From the NCBI GenBank assembly GCA_963807685.1, contig CAWECU010000010.1, positions 35,339-99,338 on the forward strand: DNA of 64,000 bases, written 5' to 3'. The notes beneath the pieces are model-generated. The model saw only the letters and a list, made by a program, of their open reading frames with translations, was not told where the DNA came from and ran no database searches. The position numbers were made by a program, and so were the translations under genes. Positions 60,921 through 64,000 of this stretch are shown in pieces. This stretch comes from an uncultured Flavobacteriaceae bacterium. Lineage in GTDB: Bacteria > Bacteroidota > Bacteroidia > Flavobacteriales > Flavobacteriaceae. Position 1 is the stretch's first letter; each line of letters opens with the position of its first letter.

Positions 60921-61519
60921 ACAAACAAGATACATTTTTCTCGAAAAAGGTCCAGGAGATCCACTCGAAACCCAATGGTGAAATAATTCACAGCAGTGAT
61001 ACCATTTTTACTTTAGATCCCAAGCACAACCTATATGAGCTTCATCCTTTCTTTGAAAGTTTGCAAAGCGAATTAGTAAACGGAACCGGCATCCAAAGTA
61101 GTTTGGCCTTCCCTTGTGTTCAACTTGAAATTCAAGGAAAAAAAATGATCTGTGATGTTACCATCAAAATGGAGCGTGACTTTCTGGCGGTGTTGTTCTT
61201 CGACTATTCAAAACATTACGAACATTTACACGAAGCCGCCCAGGAGAAGAAATCTGCAATGCTCAAGGAAAAAGAACACGAATTGCGATTAAAACATTTG
61301 GAAGAGAAGAAAGCCTATCTCGACTTTATGAGAGCCCGTATCGACACAAAATTGATTATCGAAATGGAGAAATTGGTGACCCGTCTTGAGTGGCTTAAGA
61401 AATCAGGAATGACGAGTGAGCAGCAAAAAGTATTTCAGGAGATTGAAGAGAGTGTTGCTAATTTTCACCTAAAAGCTATACAGATTCGGCAGGAATTAGA
61501 CTTTGATTTTAATTTGTGA
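60917..61519 (+). CDS. PAS-like plus degenerate DHp protein (truncated pseudokinase paralogue of the downstream kinase)
   Basis: Shares LHPFFE, FPCV.LEI and FD...HYE..H...QEK with the kinase N-terminus; Thr at the phospho-His position; no ATPase domain. Confidence 0.78.
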   Translation: MNKQDTFFSKKVQEIHSKPNGEIIHSSDTIFTLDPKHNLYELHPFFESLQSELVNGTGIQSSLAFPCVQLEIQGKKMICDVTIKMERDFLAVLFFDYSKHYEHLHEAAQEKKSAMLKEKEHELRLKHLEEKKAYLDFMRARIDTKLIIEMEKLVTRLEWLKKSGMTSEQQKVFQEIEESVANFHLKAIQIRQELDFDFNL

Positions 61520-61550
61520 CGTTTAAAGTTTTCGTTATAAGGTATATAAT

Positions 61551-61595
61551 TATCTTTGTAGAGAAGACGGCTACCGTCATTATTGAATATATTTG
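61551..61595 (+). promoter_or_regulatory. Internal promoter candidates for the second GTPase/kinase module
   Basis: TATCTTTG 61551-61558 and TATATTTG 61588-61595 match TAnnTTTG; hairpin GACGG-cta-CCGTC between them. Confidence 0.55.
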
Positions 61596-61615
61596 CGACG
61601 ATAAATAATAAACCC

Positions 61616-62101
61616 ATGTCTCATCCTAAAAAAGTTGTATTACTCGGTCATTTTGGAGTTGGCAAGACCAGTTTACTACGCCGTTTTGTTGATGCTACCT
61701 TTAGCGAAGACTATATGGTCACCGTAGGGGTTCACGTGAAAAAAAAGGAAGTTGTCATTAATAATGAGCCATTAACGCTAATTATCTGGGATATCGAAGG
61801 TAATACGTCCATCGAAAAAGCCCGAAATTCGTATCTCATTGGGACAGAGGGATTCATTTATGTGTTTGACATCACTCGCCCCGAGACTTACGAAAACATA
61901 TCCCAGGAACTCGACTATCTTACCGAGAATTTTGCGAATGTCCCAGTGTGTACCGTTGGGAATAAGGCCGATCAATTTACCAACCAATTTTCGAAAGACT
62001 TTTTTAAAGATGAGCCATTCGAGGATTGTTTTTTTACCAGTGCGAAAACCGGGGACTATGTGGAAGAGATGTTCATGGAAATCGCTAAAAAAATGCTGTA
62101 A
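61616..62101 (+). CDS. Rab-like small GTPase 2 (prokaryotic Ras superfamily, Rup-type)
   Basis: G1 GHFGVGKT, G2 VTVG, G3 WDIEG, G4 NKAD, G5 SAKTG; start MSHPKK at 61616. Confidence 0.92.
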   Translation: MSHPKKVVLLGHFGVGKTSLLRRFVDATFSEDYMVTVGVHVKKKEVVINNEPLTLIIWDIEGNTSIEKARNSYLIGTEGFIYVFDITRPETYENISQELDYLTENFANVPVCTVGNKADQFTNQFSKDFFKDEPFEDCFFTSAKTGDYVEEMFMEIAKKML

Positions 62102-62102
62102 G

Positions 62103-63611
62103 ATGAGCCTTAGCGAGTTGAAAACCGATTTTGTGAACAAGCGGATCCAGCAATTGGAAGTTTCCATGGATGGGATCGTTCTTGCCAGTGATGATGCCTT
62201 CTTTACCATTCCAAAAGGATCCCAAATAGGCTCGCTGCATCCCTTTTTTGAAGCTTCGCAATACTTGCTTCCGTCCATTTCGCATAACATTACTTTTCCT
62301 TGTGTAAATTTGGAAATTGGCACCGTAAAAAAAATTGTAGACATCGAGATTCTTGTGAAAAAGGATCAATTATTTTTACTGCTATTCGATTTTACTGAAC
62401 ACTACGAGGCCTCTCATCCACTGGTGCAGGAGAAGAACGAAGCCTCCATCGCAAAGAATAAATTGGATTTCGAAAAGCGTTTGATGCAGGCCAAGGAAGA
62501 TTTTAAGAATAATTTTCTAGCCAATCTCAATCATGAAATACGTAACCCACTCAACAATATGTTGGGCTTTATTGAATTGCTGTCCGAGACCAAACTCAAT
62601 TACGATCAACACGAAACCATTAAGGTAATTCGAAAGACCGGAGGACATATCAAAACCCTGATGGACGATATGTTGGATATTTCGAAGATTGAGCGGGGAG
62701 TTATTTCCGTGAAGCATGTTAATTTTTATTTAACGTCCATCATTTCGAGTCTTCAGCAGCACTTCAGTATAAAGTATAATAGCGGCAAAGTGCATTTGGA
62801 GGTTGAGATAGACGAAGGTATTCCCAAGACATTTATCGGGGATCCCGTTCGCCTCAACCAAATTCTTTTTAATTTACTGGAAAACGCCTTTAGAAACACA
62901 AAAGAAGGAACCGTTACCCTGAAAATTGGTTCCAAAAATATCGAGGGCGGCATGGCACTGGTTCGGTTTGAAATAGCCGATTCGGGTGAAGGTATCCCGC
63001 AGGAGGCATTGGATCAGGTTTTTGATGCCTACTACCAGTTAAAATTGAATCAGGAAAAGCCTATTGGAGAAGGTCTGGGACTAAAAATTGTAAAAGACCT
63101 TGTAGCTTTATTAAATGGAACCATAACTGTGAAAAGCGGCGCTGAAGGTACGGTATTCGTATGCAGTCTGCCCTTTGAAAAAAGGAAGGCTAGTCGCGTG
63201 AAAAAAACGGTAAAAAAAGGGTCGGGTATTTTTCAAAGCAAGCGTATTTTGATTGTCGAGGATGAACCCACCAACCAAATGCTCTGGATGAAAACCTTCC
63301 TGAATAATGAAAAAGGATACGTCATCGAGATCGCCAATAATGCCTCCCATGCTTTTCAACTTCTGGAAACCCGAAAGTACGATTTAACGATAGTCAAAAA
63401 GAAACTGCCCGATATGGACGGTCTTATTTTTGTCGATAAAATGAAAAGTAACGCGGTAGATACGATCGCTTCAACCCCTATCCTTGTGGCTAGTGGAAGT
63501 ACCATGATCGAGGAGCAACAAGAATTTCTGGATTCAGGTGCCCAGCTTTTCCTGCCCAAACCCTATTCCAAAAAAGAGCTCTTCAAAAGTATTGAAAAGC
63601 TCATTCGATAA
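62103..63611 (+). CDS. Cytoplasmic hybrid histidine kinase with a pseudo-receiver domain
   Basis: H-box NHEIRNPL, N-box NLLENA, G1 DSGEGI, G2 GEGLGL; receiver ILIVED...DLTIVKKKLP...KP; start ATG 62103, one nt after the GTPase stop. Confidence 0.92.
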   Translation: MSLSELKTDFVNKRIQQLEVSMDGIVLASDDAFFTIPKGSQIGSLHPFFEASQYLLPSISHNITFPCVNLEIGTVKKIVDIEILVKKDQLFLLLFDFTEHYEASHPLVQEKNEASIAKNKLDFEKRLMQAKEDFKNNFLANLNHEIRNPLNNMLGFIELLSETKLNYDQHETIKVIRKTGGHIKTLMDDMLDISKIERGVISVKHVNFYLTSIISSLQQHFSIKYNSGKVHLEVEIDEGIPKTFIGDPVRLNQILFNLLENAFRNTKEGTVTLKIGSKNIEGGMALVRFEIADSGEGIPQEALDQVFDAYYQLKLNQEKPIGEGLGLKIVKDLVALLNGTITVKSGAEGTVFVCSLPFEKRKASRVKKTVKKGSGIFQSKRILIVEDEPTNQMLWMKTFLNNEKGYVIEIANNASHAFQLLETRKYDLTIVKKKLPDMDGLIFVDKMKSNAVDTIASTPILVASGSTMIEEQQEFLDSGAQLFLPKPYSKKELFKSIEKLIR

Positions 63612-63623
63612 ACGTAAATCGTT

Positions 63624-64000
63624 TTATTTTTTATTCAGCAAATAGCGGTAATCTTCCATGTCCAGTCCGCCTTCGTAGATGTCAATGGAACGTTCGATCA
63701 ACTTTTTTGCAAGTGTCTCAGTGTAACCAAGTCCTATGGCATATTTTTCAATCAAGTTACGTTCTTCTTGATCAATTTCGTGATCTGCAAAGATCATTTC
63801 AAACAAGTCGTGCATACGCTCCAAACGGGTATCGGCATCGTTGGGTGGGCTGATGGGGTATTGGCTCGGGTCCTCAAGAACCTCATTATACGTCTCTTCG
63901 TCAATATTCAATTTTCGGGCAAAACGCTTCAACATGGCCTCTTCGACTTTACTAAAATCCCCGTCAATCGCTGCGATATTCGCAATGGACGCAAAATGTC
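63624..64000 (-). CDS. TerB-like protein, 5' end outside the window
   Basis: Frame stays open to the window edge: HFASIANIAAIDGDFSKVEEAMLKRFA...MIFADHEID.EE. Confidence 0.75.
   Translation of the reverse strand, partial: HFASIANIAAIDGDFSKVEEAMLKRFARKLNIDEETYNEVLEDPSQYPISPPNDADTRLERMHDLFEMIFADHEIDQEERNLIEKYAIGLGYTETLAKKLIERSIDIYEGGLDMEDYRYLLNKK

Noticed and set aside
61839-62102. 88-aa N-terminal extension of the kinase in the ORF track
   Set aside because: It overlaps GTPase 2 in another frame; homology with the 200-aa paralogue starts at the ATG at 62103.
63624-64000. TerB-like gene as part of the GTPase system
   Set aside because: It is convergent, on the opposite strand and incomplete; nothing links it functionally.

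Overview
Chromosomal window from a Bacteroidota bacterium, most likely a Flavobacteriaceae member. This is inferred from the T9SS cargo protein, TAnnTTTG -7 promoter boxes and the gene set. Left to right it holds: (1) a partial dgt gene divergent from a ~14 kb phosphate/oxyanion locus (TonB-dependent receptor, surface lipoprotein with a duplicated module, OprO/P-like porin, PiT and Na/Pi transporters, interrupted by a SulP/beta-carbonic anhydrase operon), whose promoters share an 11-bp-phased TAACA repeat that is a candidate Pho box; (2) class Ia nrdAB with DnaA-box-like 9-mers upstream; (3) housekeeping genes (tRNA-Leu, prs, rplY, pth, ribF, serS, rsmA, mgtE); (4) small accessory genes, including an ars operon with no arsenite exporter; (5) an OlsF-like lipid synthase, lysC and fbp; (6) the most unusual part, 59251-63611, a six-gene, apparently cytoplasmic signalling cluster. 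That cluster encodes a coiled-coil protein, a protein ending in a longin/roadblock-like domain and two paralogous Rab-like small GTPases. Each GTPase is followed by a homologous PAS-like/DHp protein: one is a His-less truncated pseudokinase, the other a hybrid kinase whose receiver has Lys in place of the phospho-Asp. No CRISPR array, rRNA, transposase or prophage was seen. All calls come from reading motifs by eye; no searches were run.
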